NCBI RefSeq assembly: GCF_009914755.1
Contig: NC_060935.1
Direction: 5' to 3' (one strand)
DNA: 64,000 nt
Origin: the human T2T-CHM13v2.0 reference genome, Homo sapiens
The notes under the pieces: generated by a model
What the model saw: only the letters and a program-made list of their open reading frames with translations
Told to the model about the DNA's origin: nothing
The model's database searches: none
Program-made: the position numbers and the translations under genes
Part shown: positions 27,350 through 39,788 of the stretch, piece by piece
How positions within the stretch are numbered: the first letter of the stretch is position 1
How the letters are laid out: each line of letters starts with the position of its first letter

Positions 27350-27850
27350 ATGTCCTGGTGCGGGGGACCCGGAGGTGAGGCGAGCCGCGGTGAATTGGGT
27401 AGATCCGAAAAAGAGGGAAAACACCCAGGCACCGCCCGATCCCCGGAGTCTCTTCCTCCCGCGCCTGCTTCCAACCTAATTTGGGGCGTTTTGCAGCCTC
27501 GGGTCTCCCACATCTCCTCTTTTTCAAAACTAAGTAGCACGGAAGGGGGTAAAACAGGCGAGAACTGGGGAAGCCCCCGCAGAGAAGGAGCTTTGGAGAG
27601 ATGCGGTTGTGCCCGACTCAGACGCTTAGCAGGAACAGAAGCAGCAGCAGCAGCAGCAGCCCCATCCCGGCCTCTCCAGGCGCCGGTCCTGGGGAGGGGG
27701 GCAAAGCTGCAGGAGAGGGGAGAGTCTGTGAGTCCCCCTCCTCCCCCTCCACTCATTGCAGTCCTGACCACTTCGGTCACAAGTGGCACAAATCAGGCCT
27801 TCACCACGCTCCCCGCGCCCTTCGCCTGCTAGGAACACTGCTAGACGCCC
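27350..27850. promoter_or_regulatory. CpG-rich segment
   Basis: GC-rich with retained CpGs; contains (AGC)7. Confidence 0.45.
27640..27660. repeat. (AGC)7 / (CAG)6 trinucleotide repeat
   Basis: agcagcagcagcagcagcagc read directly. Confidence 0.9.
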
Positions 27851-28559
27851 TTGCCCTTAGGGACTGGGCCAGAAGGACACACATACACACATGAGTGCCC
27901 ACAGGGACAGAAATGGGTAGAAGATGGGTCTAGAGACACCGGAGTTCAAGACCCGAGGGCTGCGAACCTTCACGTTTTCGGGGAGGGCCTGAATTTCCCC
28001 CGTATCACAACCACCGTTCTTCCAACAAACTAAACGCCCACCGTCATTAACCTGTCCGCTGGTTGAACACCCGGACTCTACCCTCTCCAGAATTAGGAAA
28101 GGGCTGCAGAGTCCGAGGGTGCTGGACAGAGTCAATCTTTTATGGCTAAGACTGTGAGAAGGCACGGAAGGCGAGCACTCCAAGCTCTAAGGCTAAATCA
28201 GAGCTTTCCTCCCCAGATAAAGGAAATTTTCCCTCCCTGAATACGTTTTCTAAAAGAGTAAAAAGGTTCCTAAGATCTGCAAAGGAGATGGAGCAAAAAG
28301 CAAAAGCTCCGGGGATTTTCCTCCCTGCCTCTCACCTGGGGCCGTCTGTGGAGCGATAGCTTTGCGGAGGGAGAGGCATAAGAACCACGTTAGATTAATA
28401 ATAGCTTCACCCTGTGTCCCTTCAGCTCCTCTTTTGTCTTTTGCTTCTTACATACCCCTCCTCTTCCCAGCCAGAAAGCCCTCCTCTCTCCCAAAGCCTG
28501 AACCTTCACCAGATTTGGGAGAGAGGTGGCCCAAGAGAAGTGAACTTGCACAGAAGAGG

Positions 28560-28810
28560 TTGAGCCACCGCAGCGCAGGCGGCTCAGGGTTATTGCGACC
28601 CTAGCCCCCTCACTTCTCCCTCCGAGGCTAAGTGTGGGACTAGGGCTCCAGGGCCCAAGGAGCAACGGCCGAACCCGGCGTCGTGCGGCACCGGAGCGAG
28701 TCCTCTCCTCGCCTCGCCTCGCCTCGCCTCAGCCAGACAACTGTTGCTGCCTTGGAGAAGCTCCTGCTGCTGCAGCTGCTGCTTGGGGCGGCTGCACGCC
28801 TGGGGCTGAG
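28560..28810. promoter_or_regulatory. CpG-rich promoter-like element containing (CCTCG)n
   Basis: CpG-rich; (CCTCG)4+CCTC at 28707-28730. Confidence 0.45.
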
Positions 28811-29925
28811 GCTGCTCACTTTTGATCGGGGCTGGGAGCTTGCGGAAAGGGGTCTCTCATTCCGGGTGGGATCAAAGGAAGAGACCCCTTCCCCCTTCCC
28901 TTCACAATAAGTGAAAATAGGTGGCTTTTTGTGGCTTTTGGTGTCTTTCCTTCCCTCCTTAGGGCGGTTATGTCAGTCTGAGCCCAGTGGGAGCTGATCT
29001 CTCCCTCTCTACCCATTTTGCTTTTGCTAAGGAAGGAGGGCAAAGTGGGGGGGGGTGCCTCTATGTACCCTCAAACTGCCGATGCGCATCCCACTTAATA
29101 AAGCTACCTCGCCTTTTGAACCAGGGGCCTGATGGAAACTTCCAGGCACTTGCATGTGATGCCAACCTCTGGAGGCCCTATAGGAGAGGGAGCAGCACCT
29201 CAGGAACCCTCCTCACCCCAGGCTACTCCTTCCGGGGGTGTGAGAAGTGTTCGGAAGGCAGCTGGGGAAACTTTGTCCCCTGGGCCCAGCCAACTAGCTT
29301 AACTTTGCCTATGTTAAAAATCAAGACCAGGGGTTATCTGTGGAGCTAGGGAAGGGTTTCAGGGGCCACAGAGTCCCCTCAAAGTCACCTGCCCCCAGTG
29401 GGGAGAGGCAGGTGGCTGGGCCAGGCAAAGCAGTTTTGCATGCCGTCTTTCTCAGGCTCACTCTGACCACACCCTGGGTGATCTGCTCTCCTGCCTCTTC
29501 CCCACTCCTAGAGTCTGGAGCCAGATTTCCTCCCTTTATCGGCCCTCTTGTCTCTTCTATCCTCTTTCCCGGACCTGTGGTTGCTTTCAGTCCCTCTGCC
29601 TTGCCTGTCTCAGGTTGGAGGCAAAGACAGAAGCATGGGTTGATTCAGATGTGCTTGGAAGGCTTGCTATGATCTCAGACCAGGGCCATCTTCTCTGTCC
29701 TGGGGACTTCTCAAACTAGAAGGCTTTGTGGGCATCTCTGGAAAGCTCTGCTCTTGAATCAGCATCCATGCCTTGGTAGCTCTTGGCCCAGATGTGCCCC
29801 CTACCCTTTTCCTTTCCTTCAGTCTTCCCACTGCTTGATTTCATGTGAAATGACCCAGCCGCCAATCACTCCCATTCTCCTTCTGAGACAGCAGAGTAAC
29901 CCTGCCTATCTTTTGGCCTTTTCAG

Positions 29926-30040
29926 GTGGTCAAACCTGTCCTGACACCCAGAGGTCTGCATGAGGGGTGGCCACTGAAGGAGGAGTTCTCAAAGGCCACA
30001 GGTGATGAAGAGCTTGGATGAATAAACTTAGAAGTCCCAG
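29926..30040 (+). ncRNA. Candidate internal exon of a + strand (divergent) lncRNA
   Basis: Branch-like gagtaac, pyrimidine tract ctatcttttggccttttcag| and donor CAG|GTGAGTA; 115 nt; the phase-0 frame has a stop. Confidence 0.5.
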
Positions 30041-31319
30041 GTGAGTACCAAGATGTCAGCCCATGGTTTCTTCGCCTGAGCAGACCCAAGGGGCCTCCAC
30101 ACATACTTCCCACTTGATGATGAGATACAGGGAAGCCACAGATCCAGTGATTGGAGACTGTCCTCAAAGGCTTAGTCCTTGACAAAGGAAGGCACCCATC
30201 ACAGAGGTTACAAGGAAGGACACAGTACCTACCGCATAAGGCATAGGACTTCATAGGACTGCATAGGACTTCCTGTCCCATCCCCTAAGCAGGACTTGGG
30301 CCTGTGTGTTCAGGAGCCTCCAAACCCTCAGTACTGAGGGGTGTAGGCCCTATTCAATGGGGCCCACTCTTCCTTCTCCACCTCCACTTCCTGGACCATC
30401 TGAGGCCTCTCAGGGGCCCAAGGGATGTGCAGAGTTGAAGGGTCATTTGCCATGTGAAGTTTCTCTGAGGACACCAAACGTTGTTATGTCTCCTTAACTG
30501 GAGTTCGGCCTAGGATGCATGGGAGAAATTTTAGCCTCTGGATATTTTTTTTTGAAGGGTAAGGCATTAAACTCTAAATGCATTTACTTTTCCTATTAAC
30601 CAGCAAAATCTCTTGCTATAGAGCTTTTGTTTAGCTGCCTTTCTGAGCTTCAAAGTCATACTGTGATTCTTATTGGGGATTTCGGTTCAGAGCTTGGCAG
30701 AGAATTTTGAAACCCCAGGGCTGTCAGATTTGTGAGGAAAGGAGAAACCAAGCTACCTGCCTAATCCTTGGAGGTCATGTGAGCCAAATGTGGGAAGCTG
30801 CCAGAAATTTTTAGAGGGAAACTCGAGGCTTATGGCAGAATAGAAGCACATTACGTGGAAGATCTTCAGATCTTTATACAACAGATCTATTTGCTATGTT
30901 AATTAAATGACTGCTACATGGATTTTTGGAAATTTTTACATTTTAAGAGTAGAGCTTAAATAATACGTAAATTGACTGGAATCGTCTATAATTTCCACCA
31001 TGTAAAGTATGGATGAGGCCATCAAATTGTTAAATGAGCCTAACTTCTTTTAAGTTCCCCTTTTGAATATAAGGACCTGAAGTCTGCAGCATCTATCTTT
31101 GGGCAATAGGGTTGTTGTTAATTCCAAGAGGTTCACATCTTCCTTCTCCCTCCTTAACCGATAGTTCAGTTGCACTGTGAGAAAATCTAAGAAAATAATA
31201 AGGCGGGGTGGTGGGAGTCGGGTGGTGATTTTCTTGCCTGAAAGGTAATCTCTTCTAATTATGTTTGAAAAAATCCATGGATAGACTAAACCTCAAATTT
31301 AGATAGACTATGTAGCATG

Positions 31320-31440
31320 CCAAAACTGGAAAGAACTATAGAGTATATTCAGAGAGAGACCAATCTCTTCATTTTATAAATCAAACAGGTTCAGAGAGGT
31401 TAAGTGATTTTACCAAGGTCACACAGCTGGGGCTCAACCC
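31320..31440 (-). mobile_element. MIR fragment
   Basis: cattttata...aaacaggttcagagaggttaagtgattttaccaaggtcacacagct. Confidence 0.7.
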
Positions 31441-32629
31441 CAAGTTGTTTACTGTGTTCTCTGGGTATTTTTTTTTCCACTAAGCATTTGCTATCACTAC
31501 CACATAATACAGCTAATCCATAAACATAATCCAGGACAACAGAACAGATTCCCTTTGAAAAGACTGACACCCCAGGGTTCAAAGAAGAGTTTACAGAAAG
31601 TTTCTTCTGTTTGCAATTAGCATTCTGGGGGCATCATGAGAAGGTTAGGTATGGCTCTCATCTCTTGTCTCTGACATGGCCTAGACCTCAGAGCCTCCAT
31701 GTTACCTTGGTCTGCAGAGGAAGTCATCAGCACAAGAAAGTTGCTGTGTCATAGAATCCTAGTATTGGTGTCTTTCAAAACATTTGCTAGCATGAAGCAG
31801 TTCCGTAAGGCATGGGTCCCTGTCTTTTATTTCTCTCCTCTGGGTGGCAGTTGATTCTCATCCTTCTTGTCCTGTGGGGCTTGACTGAGAGCTGTTAAGA
31901 GGGTAGTTAAACCCAGGATCTCCTTTATAAGCAAGAAGGCCCTCATAAGGAGGTTTCAAACCCAGTAAAGATCTGTTTGATCCTTGTCCCCAAGATATTT
32001 TTTTAGAATGCTGCAGATCACCTGCTTGTAGGACAGCTGCTTGGCCTGGTCAGTTTTAAGCTCATGATTTACTGCCAAACCCTGGATTGAACTCCACTAT
32101 TTCAGCTTTACATATTTCTACCAATATCAGCCACTTCGAGGCCATATTAATCATGTCTTCAGAACATGGGAATAGTAGTCATGCTGTGCATGCTATCACA
32201 AATAAATTATTCTGGTGGCCTTTTTCACAGTCTCTCCCTGCTCTTTGCTCCCCCCACCTCCCATTTCAGAGATACACTTTCTGACAACTTCTAAATAGGA
32301 AATAAGATTCATTTCTCTGCTTAAAAAGCAACAGATTGGGAGGAAGAAAAATGAGATGGGGTGAAAGATACAAATAGGTTAAAAAGCAAAACAAAGCTGA
32401 CAAGCGGTGGAAAGAATTAAAAGAGCAAATTCTATCTAGTCCCAACTACTCACATTTATGAACTTAAAGAAGCAATAGTATCCTCTCTAGGCCTCAATAT
32501 CTCCATCTATAAAATTAAGTGCTTTGGAGGTCAGACCCCTTCCATTCATGCATTCGTTCAACAAATGTTTATTGAGTTTCTGCACTATGTATCAGGCCTT
32601 ATTCTAGACATTGGAGATATAAATAAATT

Positions 32630-32762
32630 ATTCTTCCTTTGATAATCTGTTTAAAGCTATGGACCTTGTCCCCAGCAAAAAGGAAAAAAAAAACCAGGCA
32701 TTTTATATACAATTTCAGGGAGCTCAGGACATCCCTAGGTTCCATAGACCCCAAGTTAAAAT
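32630..32762. mobile_element. Old hAT-Charlie-type MITE fragment (subfamily not assigned), preceded by an L2 tail at ~32545-32620
   Basis: aaagctatggaccttgtcccc...tttatatacaatttcaggg...catagaccccaagttaa resembles MER-type hAT elements. Confidence 0.4.
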
Positions 32763-33844
32763 TTTTTTCATTGAGTCTCTAAGGCCTACATTTTACAATA
32801 TGAAGGTTTGAGCTTAGGTTGCATGGTCAAATCTTGGTTTTTAGTTGTTCTTTTTTTTCCCCCATTAGCACTTTGTTGCATTTTTATTGTGATTTTGGTC
32901 CTCCATTTTTGGAGAATAAATATTTGGAACTTAGTTAATACTGCAAGTGGCTAGAATAAATGCTGAACAGCAGCTCGTAACTGAGAGGCAAGGCAGACGT
33001 GGAGCTGAGGACAGAAACAGATGAGAAGTTTTGATGACTAATCTCAGCCTGGTCCTGCAGAATTTCAAAGAGTCAATCTATCTTTTAGGCTAAGTATTCT
33101 TGGTAAAGTCGATGGTTCCATGGAGGGAAGGGAGGTTTGTGTTGGAGCTGGACAGTATAAGATCACAATGCCAGGGCTCACAGCAAAGACGGATTTCCTC
33201 TGGTGCTTTTGACTACCAGGCACAATCATAGCTGGACAGGTCAGGGATTCATTGAGAAGGAAAGACCAGTCCACTTCTGGCCCTGTTGGGTTGGTAGACT
33301 GGCTGCTTCCATGTAGCACAGCAAGGGGCTTTATAGCAGGTAGTTCTGTTGAGATCTTTAGTGAAGGAGAAATTGGGAGGCTGAAAGGCTCAAAACAGAC
33401 ATGGATAGGTCTGTGTGCAAAGGTTTCACCCCAGTTCTGAGTCTTTCTGAGCATTTTTCTTCCCTGCTTTCAGCATCTTCAGAATTCTTACTTGCAATGA
33501 GGAAGGCCAGAACTTTTTCATTTAGGGCAAAGGGGCATTTACTGATTTTAGAACTGATCAGCTACTAAAAAAACTGGACTTTAGGTGGGGAGTTAGATGC
33601 TCTTATTTAGCACTCCCAGGTGAACAGCCAGTGGAAGTCACTGCTAGGAGAGGACCCTGGAAGTGAAGTGATCCATCTTTGAAAGAGCCAGGTAGGAATC
33701 TGAACTTGTAAAGTCTTTGTGTTAGATTGTGGGAGGACAGGATGAAGTGTGTGAATTTCTGCTTAAGCAAGAAAGCAGCAAGTTGTTGCTGCTGAGGCTA
33801 AAGTATAGGAAAATCCATCTAAATATAAACTTTTTATCTTCTCG

Positions 33845-34003
33845 ATTTCTTCATCTGTAAAATGGGGATAATGATAACACCCTTCACCATAAGGCTTTGG
33901 TGAGGATTAAATGAGATTATGCATGTGTAAAGAGCCTAGTCAGTGTTCAAAAAATGTTAGCTATTATTATTATTAGCTATTATTATTATTATTATTATTA
34001 TTA
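33845..34003 (+). mobile_element. MIR 3' half with (TTA)n tail
   Basis: tttcttcatctgtaaaatggggataat...tgaggattaaatgagat...aaatgttagctattatt. Confidence 0.75.
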
Positions 34004-34420
34004 TAGTGTTCTCTTTCCTGTCTGACACACATAGCAATGTCATACAAGGCTTAAATCATAGCATAAGCAGCTATAGGACCAGAGCTATTCCTAGAGTGAC
34101 AGATAAAAGATAATCTTTTCTGGAAGCATCTGTCCATTTGTTCCATGGCCTGCCAGTGCCCAGGATTACCCTCTGGGAGCAAATCAGAAGGGTTGATAGA
34201 AAAATCTTTTTCTCTACTTTATGTGTCCCTACATGAAGATTATCTCTTTCTTGTTTCATTCTCCTTTTAATTCCTTGCTTTCACGTCCCTTTTAAAATCA
34301 ATTGAATTTAATTACAATTGTTTTTGCAAATCACTCTTTTTGCCTTTATTATTATTATTATTATTATTATTATTTTGATGGGGAGAAAAAGCAATTCACC
34401 TAGGATACTTTTATTTTCAG

Positions 34421-34520
34421 CATATATCCAGTCCTAAATTTTCAATGTTTAGGCAATTTCCACCAAGGAAAAAAATAAGGAAAAATAGAAGGGCAAGAAT
34501 ATGTAACACTATTTGCTATC
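34421..34520 (+). pseudogene. Fossil exon candidate (phase 0 to 1)
   Basis: ttttattttcag| ... ATC|gtaaat; open frame HISSPKFSMFRQFPPRKKIRKNRRARICNTICY. Confidence 0.4.
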
Positions 34521-35129
34521 GTAAATAATGTTTTCTTTTTCCTTTTCCCGCATATTTAATCTTCATTCTTTCCTTCTTCTGACTTTACTTTTAACATCTT
34601 ATAAATCTTTTTGTCTCCTCCTAAAACACTCCTGCCTCAAAATCTTTGTTCTCCTCCTTTTGATCCACTGAACTTGTCCTATCAGGCATTTCTTTTTAAG
34701 CCTTGGCTGCAAACTGCAGGGCTGATTATAGGAAGAATGTGATATGGTCCCTACATTTTCTGGGTAATGCCAGGAGAAAACACCAGGGCCACCAATTGTC
34801 CCCTGAACCTGTTGAACACATCTGAGGCCATTCCAAAGAGAAGGAAAAAATATTTTTGTTTTTGTTTATTATTTATTTATTTTATTCAGTTTTCATAGAA
34901 ATTGGAGCCTTCCCCATGTACCTTTCTACATTTCCACTTTCCCACATTTAAACCCACAGTCTATGCATTGCTTCCACTTGGTGACTTTTCCTTTTTTCTG
35001 TCGTTTTAAAAATAATTATAATAAACGGTTCAGGGATATGTCAAACGTGGCCTAGAAAGTGGTCTTGCTATCTGTCCTTTTAGCTGTTTAAGGCAAGAAT
35101 GATGAAGGCAGCATTGGAAGGAAGCAGTG

Positions 35130-35400
35130 AAACCTGTTGGTCAAGAACAATGGGTTTTGAAGACCAGTGAGATTTAGGTTTTTTGCCTAGTCCTGCCCTT
35201 ATTAGCTGCATGCCCTTGAGCAAGTTATCAGCTGCACGCCCTTCAGCAACTCTGAGCCAGTTTCCTCATCTGTAAAGTGGGGATATTAAAAGTATCTGTT
35301 TCATAAGATCGTTAGGAAGATGAAATGAGCTGTCAGTAAATACACATTCCAGTGCATCAGGCATGTAGTATGTACTCAAGTGAGATGAACTGTTATTATT
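35130..35400 (+). mobile_element. MIR SINE
   Basis: ccttgagcaagtta...cagtttcctcatctgtaaagtgggg. Confidence 0.7.
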
Positions 35401-35873
35401 ATTTAGACAAGTTCCTGCAGATCCAGGTCTAAATATAGTCCAGGAGTTGCTGGAGGAGTTGAACCTTGAATAAGGAAGGAGAAAAGTGAATGTAAAATGA
35501 CTAGGAGTCATGAGATAAGAGAAGAGTCTAAATAAACTCTTGGAATTTCACAAGTGTCCCAATCTTACCAAGATTTTCCAGATGTTGTGAATTGGGCTGG
35601 GGCTGAGTCTGGAGCTGAATCAATGATGACCGCATAAGGGGAACTCGCTCAAGGGTTCCTGGCTTCTAAGTAGTAGACTCTGGGTCAGTTAAATTGCAAT
35701 GACATTGCACCTTAAAATTTTAATACCTCAACTGGCATTAACCAGTAGGGGAACCATGATCCCCAGGGTCAACTCATCTTTAAGGCCCAGATTTTAAGTT
35801 TAGCAAAAAAAAAAAAAAAAAAAAATCAAGACAAGAAATAGTTTTACCATTTATTTTGTAGTGGAGTGAGTGA

Positions 35874-36169
35874 TTTTTTTTTTTTTTTTTTTTTGAGACA
35901 GAGTCTTACTCTGTCACCCAAGCCGGAGAGCTGCGATCTTGGGTCACTGCAACCTCTGCCTCCCAGGTTCAAGCAATTCTCCTGCCTTAGCCTTAGCCTC
36001 CTGAGTAGCTGGGACTACAGGTACATGCCACCATGTCCGGCTAATTTTTTGTATTTTTAGTAGAGACGAGGTTTCACCGTGTTAGCCAGGATGGTCTCAA
36101 TCTCCTGACCTTGTGATCTGCCCACCTCAGCCTCCCAAAGTGCTGGGATTACAGGCCACTGCACCCAGC
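35874..36169 (-). mobile_element. AluSc/Y-like element with small indels
   Basis: Antisense dimer with diagnostic gttagccaggatggtctcaatctcctgacct. Confidence 0.9.
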
Positions 36170-36396
36170 TCGACTTTTTTTTTTTTTTTTTTTTTTAAAT
36201 CTGTGGCCAAGAGCACTGGGCAAAGCATAAGAAAAAGAGGACAGAAAACATGCTTGCTACAGGTGGGTGTTCTATGAACCTAAATGAAATTATCAGGAAA
36301 ATTCTGTACTTTTCAGCTAATTAAGGGTCAGTAGCTTATCAAGTAATTTAAAACCAAGAGTGAATTAGATATAGCCCTCCAAACTTTATCTTTCAG

Positions 36397-36517
36397 ATTT
36401 CTACCAGCTCTGAACCTCAACACCACATTTAAATGAAATAATATTTAAATAAAAGAGGAAAAGTTTCCCCCCAGTGAATTCTCTTATGCCTAATTAAAAA
36501 ATGTTTTTAATAAATAG
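36397..36517 (+). pseudogene. Fossil exon candidate (phase 1 to 2)
   Basis: ctttatctttcag| ... ATAG|gtaatg; FYQL*TSTPHLNEIIFK*KRKSFPPVNSLMPN*KMFLIN. Confidence 0.42.
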
Positions 36518-36681
36518 GTAATGAAGCACAGAAACTGTCATTTATAATACAAATATTAAAGAAATACATTTTTATTGATAGTATACTGAATTAAAATTTG
36601 CTCAGTGTTGTTTATAAAACAAACATTTAAGCAAACATTTTAGGCCATAATATAAATAGATGTCTAATCTAGTGTTTTCAG

Positions 36682-36875
36682 ATATTTGCAGGCTTGTAAA
36701 ACTCTCTAAATCGTAGATATTTTCCTCTCAAAGTTATCCTTTAGGAAGTTTCTCTTGAAAAAACCTGTCTTACATAGTTTTACACAAGAAATCTCTGCAT
36801 TTAAACATGAAGCAATCATGAAAACAGTGGCTATCACTTTAAATAACAAACAAATGAGATTTTAAAAATACAAAT
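36682..36875 (+). pseudogene. Fossil exon candidate (phase 2 to 1)
   Basis: tctaat...gtgttttcag| ... AAT|gcaagc (GC or decayed donor); YLQACKTL*IVDIFLSKLSFRKFLLKKPVLHSFTQEISAFKHEAIMKTVAITLNNKQMRF*KYK, 2 TAA in 64 codons. Confidence 0.45.
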
Positions 36876-37115
36876 GCAAGCTTATTGCTTTTTTGAGGAT
36901 TAGCTATTAGCTTTTGAGTTTATTTTTTAGTGATGCTTTAGAATTCTGAAAGGAAAATCTTTTTAAAAGAAGGAAAACCTGTTAAAATAAACTATATAGT
37001 TTTATTTTCATTTTATAATTTAAAATCTTGTTTCTTTGTGAACTACCTCTCAGCTAATCTGAGATTTAAAATGAAATTTTGTGTTTCTTTTTTTTTGTAT
37101 TTGTTTTCTGTATAG

Positions 37116-37189
37116 TTAACTTGTAAACACTAAAGATAATTTATCCCAGTAAAGATCATCATTTAATTAGAGCTAAAATATCTAAGAAG
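37116..37189 (+). pseudogene. Fossil exon candidate (phase 1 to 0)
   Basis: Long T-rich tract ...ttttctgtatag| ... AAG|gtattt; NL*TLKIIYPSKDHHLIRAKISKK. Confidence 0.48.
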
Positions 37190-37681
37190 GTATTTTATTT
37201 ATGACTATAAAACATTAACTTTTCATATGACACAAAGAAAATGTAACTTTCCATAGGGAGTTTTATGATAATTCATTAATATGTTTATTTGGGGGCAGTG
37301 CACCACTTTCTTCTGCTATTCATAAATTCATTCCTTAATTTGAAAATAAGAATATTTTTGAGTTAATATTTTTTGTTAGAAATATAGTTTTCAGTTAAAA
37401 TATTTTTCCAGATACAATTTTAAACTGAGAGCATTTTTAAACTAATTTTATTTTTAATAGTTTATGTTTTAACACTAGGTTGATTTCATCTCAAATTTTT
37501 TTTCTGTATGTGCTCATAGGTTATAAAATTTATAGATCTTAATATAACACATCAAAACAGGTTGTTTTATTTATAATATTTATACTTATGAAGGGATTAT
37601 ACATGACATTAAATAGTGACTGTTATTTATTTACTGCTTTGCTTTTTGGCAAAATTTTGTGTGTGTGTTTTTTTAATGCAG

Positions 37682-37912
37682 GAAGGCCTATAATAAATTA
37701 AAGTAGTAGATTCTGACATTTACTTGAGAATTAATAAAGTTTATGGAAATTTTCAGAAGTAATTCAAATTCACATCATCAAATATTAAAAAAAGACAGTA
37801 TAAAAACCTGAGTCCCAGAATTACTCCAAATTAATTTTTTCCAAAAATTTCACTGAATATTTTTTCAAATACTTCATTGTTTCTCATACCTTGCATTGTG
37901 ACCACCCACCTG
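37682..37912 (+). pseudogene. Fossil exon candidate (phase 0 to 0)
   Basis: ttttttaatgcag| ... CTG|gtgtgt; EGL**IKVVDSDIYLRINKVYGNFQK*FKFTSSNIKKRQYKNLSPRITPN*FFPK..., 77 codons with 4 TAA. Confidence 0.42.
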
Positions 37913-38743
37913 GTGTGTTTAAATATATTATGTGAGCATGGAAAAGAAGCTGAGACATGAAGTGATTACAAGAATGAAATTCACTGTACTATTGCATACA
38001 TCCTTTTCCCTGCCATTTTTCTGAGCAGACAGGCACAACCTGGGTATAGTCTTTTTGAATACACGGGTCTTTTTCCATCCTTCCTGTTGACTGTTAATAT
38101 GCAAATTTATGGGTAAAATATGGCTTATAGAGCCATTTTTTTTTAATGGAGGTTTTCTGGTAGTCTGGAAGGGAAGTTGATGCTTGCTAATTTTTCTTTC
38201 TCTTAAAGGGGGTCAGGATCCTTTTTTGATCTCACACACTCTTAGAGGCTAAGATACATTTACTGAGAAGAGAGGAGAGAGGCTGTGTTCTCAAAAGATC
38301 CTCACTGGTTGAGGGAGAAGTATGTTACCAGCTAGGAAGTAACTTGGAGAGGACAGGGTACAGAGAGACATAGGGAGCTTATTCCAACATCTTAGCTTAG
38401 TGATGTCATGAAAATGCCGAAATTGTATGCTCAATATTTGTCTACATGCTGTTAATTTCATGGTCTTTCTTTTGTTTACATATTTGCACACACATGTGCA
38501 CATGCACATATACTCACAAGCAAAGACCCTAGGCCATCTTTCTCACCTGGAAGGTAAAGCCATTTGTATCTGAAGCTACCCTAATGTTAGAACGGTCTCA
38601 TGTGGCTCAGGCTGACCAGGGCGTTAGAAGATATGATTTCCTCCAAGTTTCATTTCAAATCAAAGTGGAGTCTATCTGCCACATAAATAAACTAAATATT
38701 GACAATATTTTTTGACATGGAATAGTCTTTTAATCAAAAATAG

Positions 38744-39023
38744 GTTACCGTCAAATCTGAACTAAATCTCAGAACTTTTTTTTGCCTCCTTAAAAAGATT
38801 GATTATGGAACTGTGCAGTTATCTGTGTCTGACAATGCTAAATCAAAATATCTTTAAATAAAATTTTCATCTCCAGCCTTAAGTATAGGGAAATCCCAAC
38901 TAAAATGGTTTAGCATCAGTATCACATAAAAACAATGCAATTCTCAAGCTTCTAAATCCTGTGAAAAGAGAAAGAACTGACTTTATCTTCGTAAACTTCC
39001 TTGAGAGCTTTAGAAGAAAAGCA
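38744..39023 (+). pseudogene. Fossil exon candidate (phase 0 to 0 with one +1 frameshift)
   Basis: aaaatag| (weak acceptor) VTVKSELNLRTFFCLLKKIDYGTVQLSVSDNAKSKYL ... HKNNAILKLLNPVKRERTDFIFVNFLESFRRKA|gtaaga; 280 nt. Confidence 0.4.
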
Positions 39024-39432
39024 GTAAGAAATATAATTATAACCTTTAATGTTACTGTAACCATCATTATTTACTGATGATTTTGTGATTAAAAGGTATT
39101 GCTAGTGAGCAACAAAGAAAAAAAATCCAGGACAATTAAAGGAAAAATAATTAAAATATAAAAAGAAAAAGGAAAGAAAAAATCTGACTATGGGAAAGTA
39201 AATTTAGAGGACTGTTTGACCTAAGTTTAAAACATATCGTATAAATATCACATGAATTTCTGTGCCACTCTCTTCTTGCAGAAAAACACATGCATAAACC
39301 CAAAATGTATACATAGGAAATATTTCTAATCAATATCAAGCTTATTTAAAAATTCACTGCTGTTAAATTTGCCACCATATTTGGATAAATATAGAAATTA
39401 ATACTCTCTGAAAAATATTTATTTTTTTCCAG

Positions 39433-39788
39433 ACTAGGAACAAGATTGAAAGGGGAAACGGTCAATGCATCCTTCACCCTAATAATTGGATTAAGGATTT
39501 TCTGAGTCATAACGATAGTTAACTTTTTAAAATCTTAATTACTCCATAGTTACAAAATCCTTGAAATAGTAGTAATCATTTAAAAATGTCCTGAATGAAG
39601 TATACAACTTTGGGGAAGGATCTTCTTTCAGGAAAAAAAATTATAGCAATTTCTGCAAAAACAAATAAGAAGGTTGAATCTATTTGAAAATATACAGATT
39701 TGGAGGGAAAGATTCTTTTAGGGAAAATTCTCAGCAAATAGAAAATACATATTTGATTTCAGGAAAAGCATTCAATATAGAAAAAAAA
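39433..39788 (+). pseudogene. Fossil exon candidate (phase 0 start; 3' end uncertain)
   Basis: atttttttccag| TRNKIERGNGQCILHPNNWIKDFLSHNDS* followed by several stops. Confidence 0.35.

Noticed and set aside
24702-27832. Long ORFs of 150-215 aa on both strands of the CpG islands
   Set aside because: Overlapping Arg/Gly/Pro/Ala-rich ORFs are expected from high GC content; no recognisable domain
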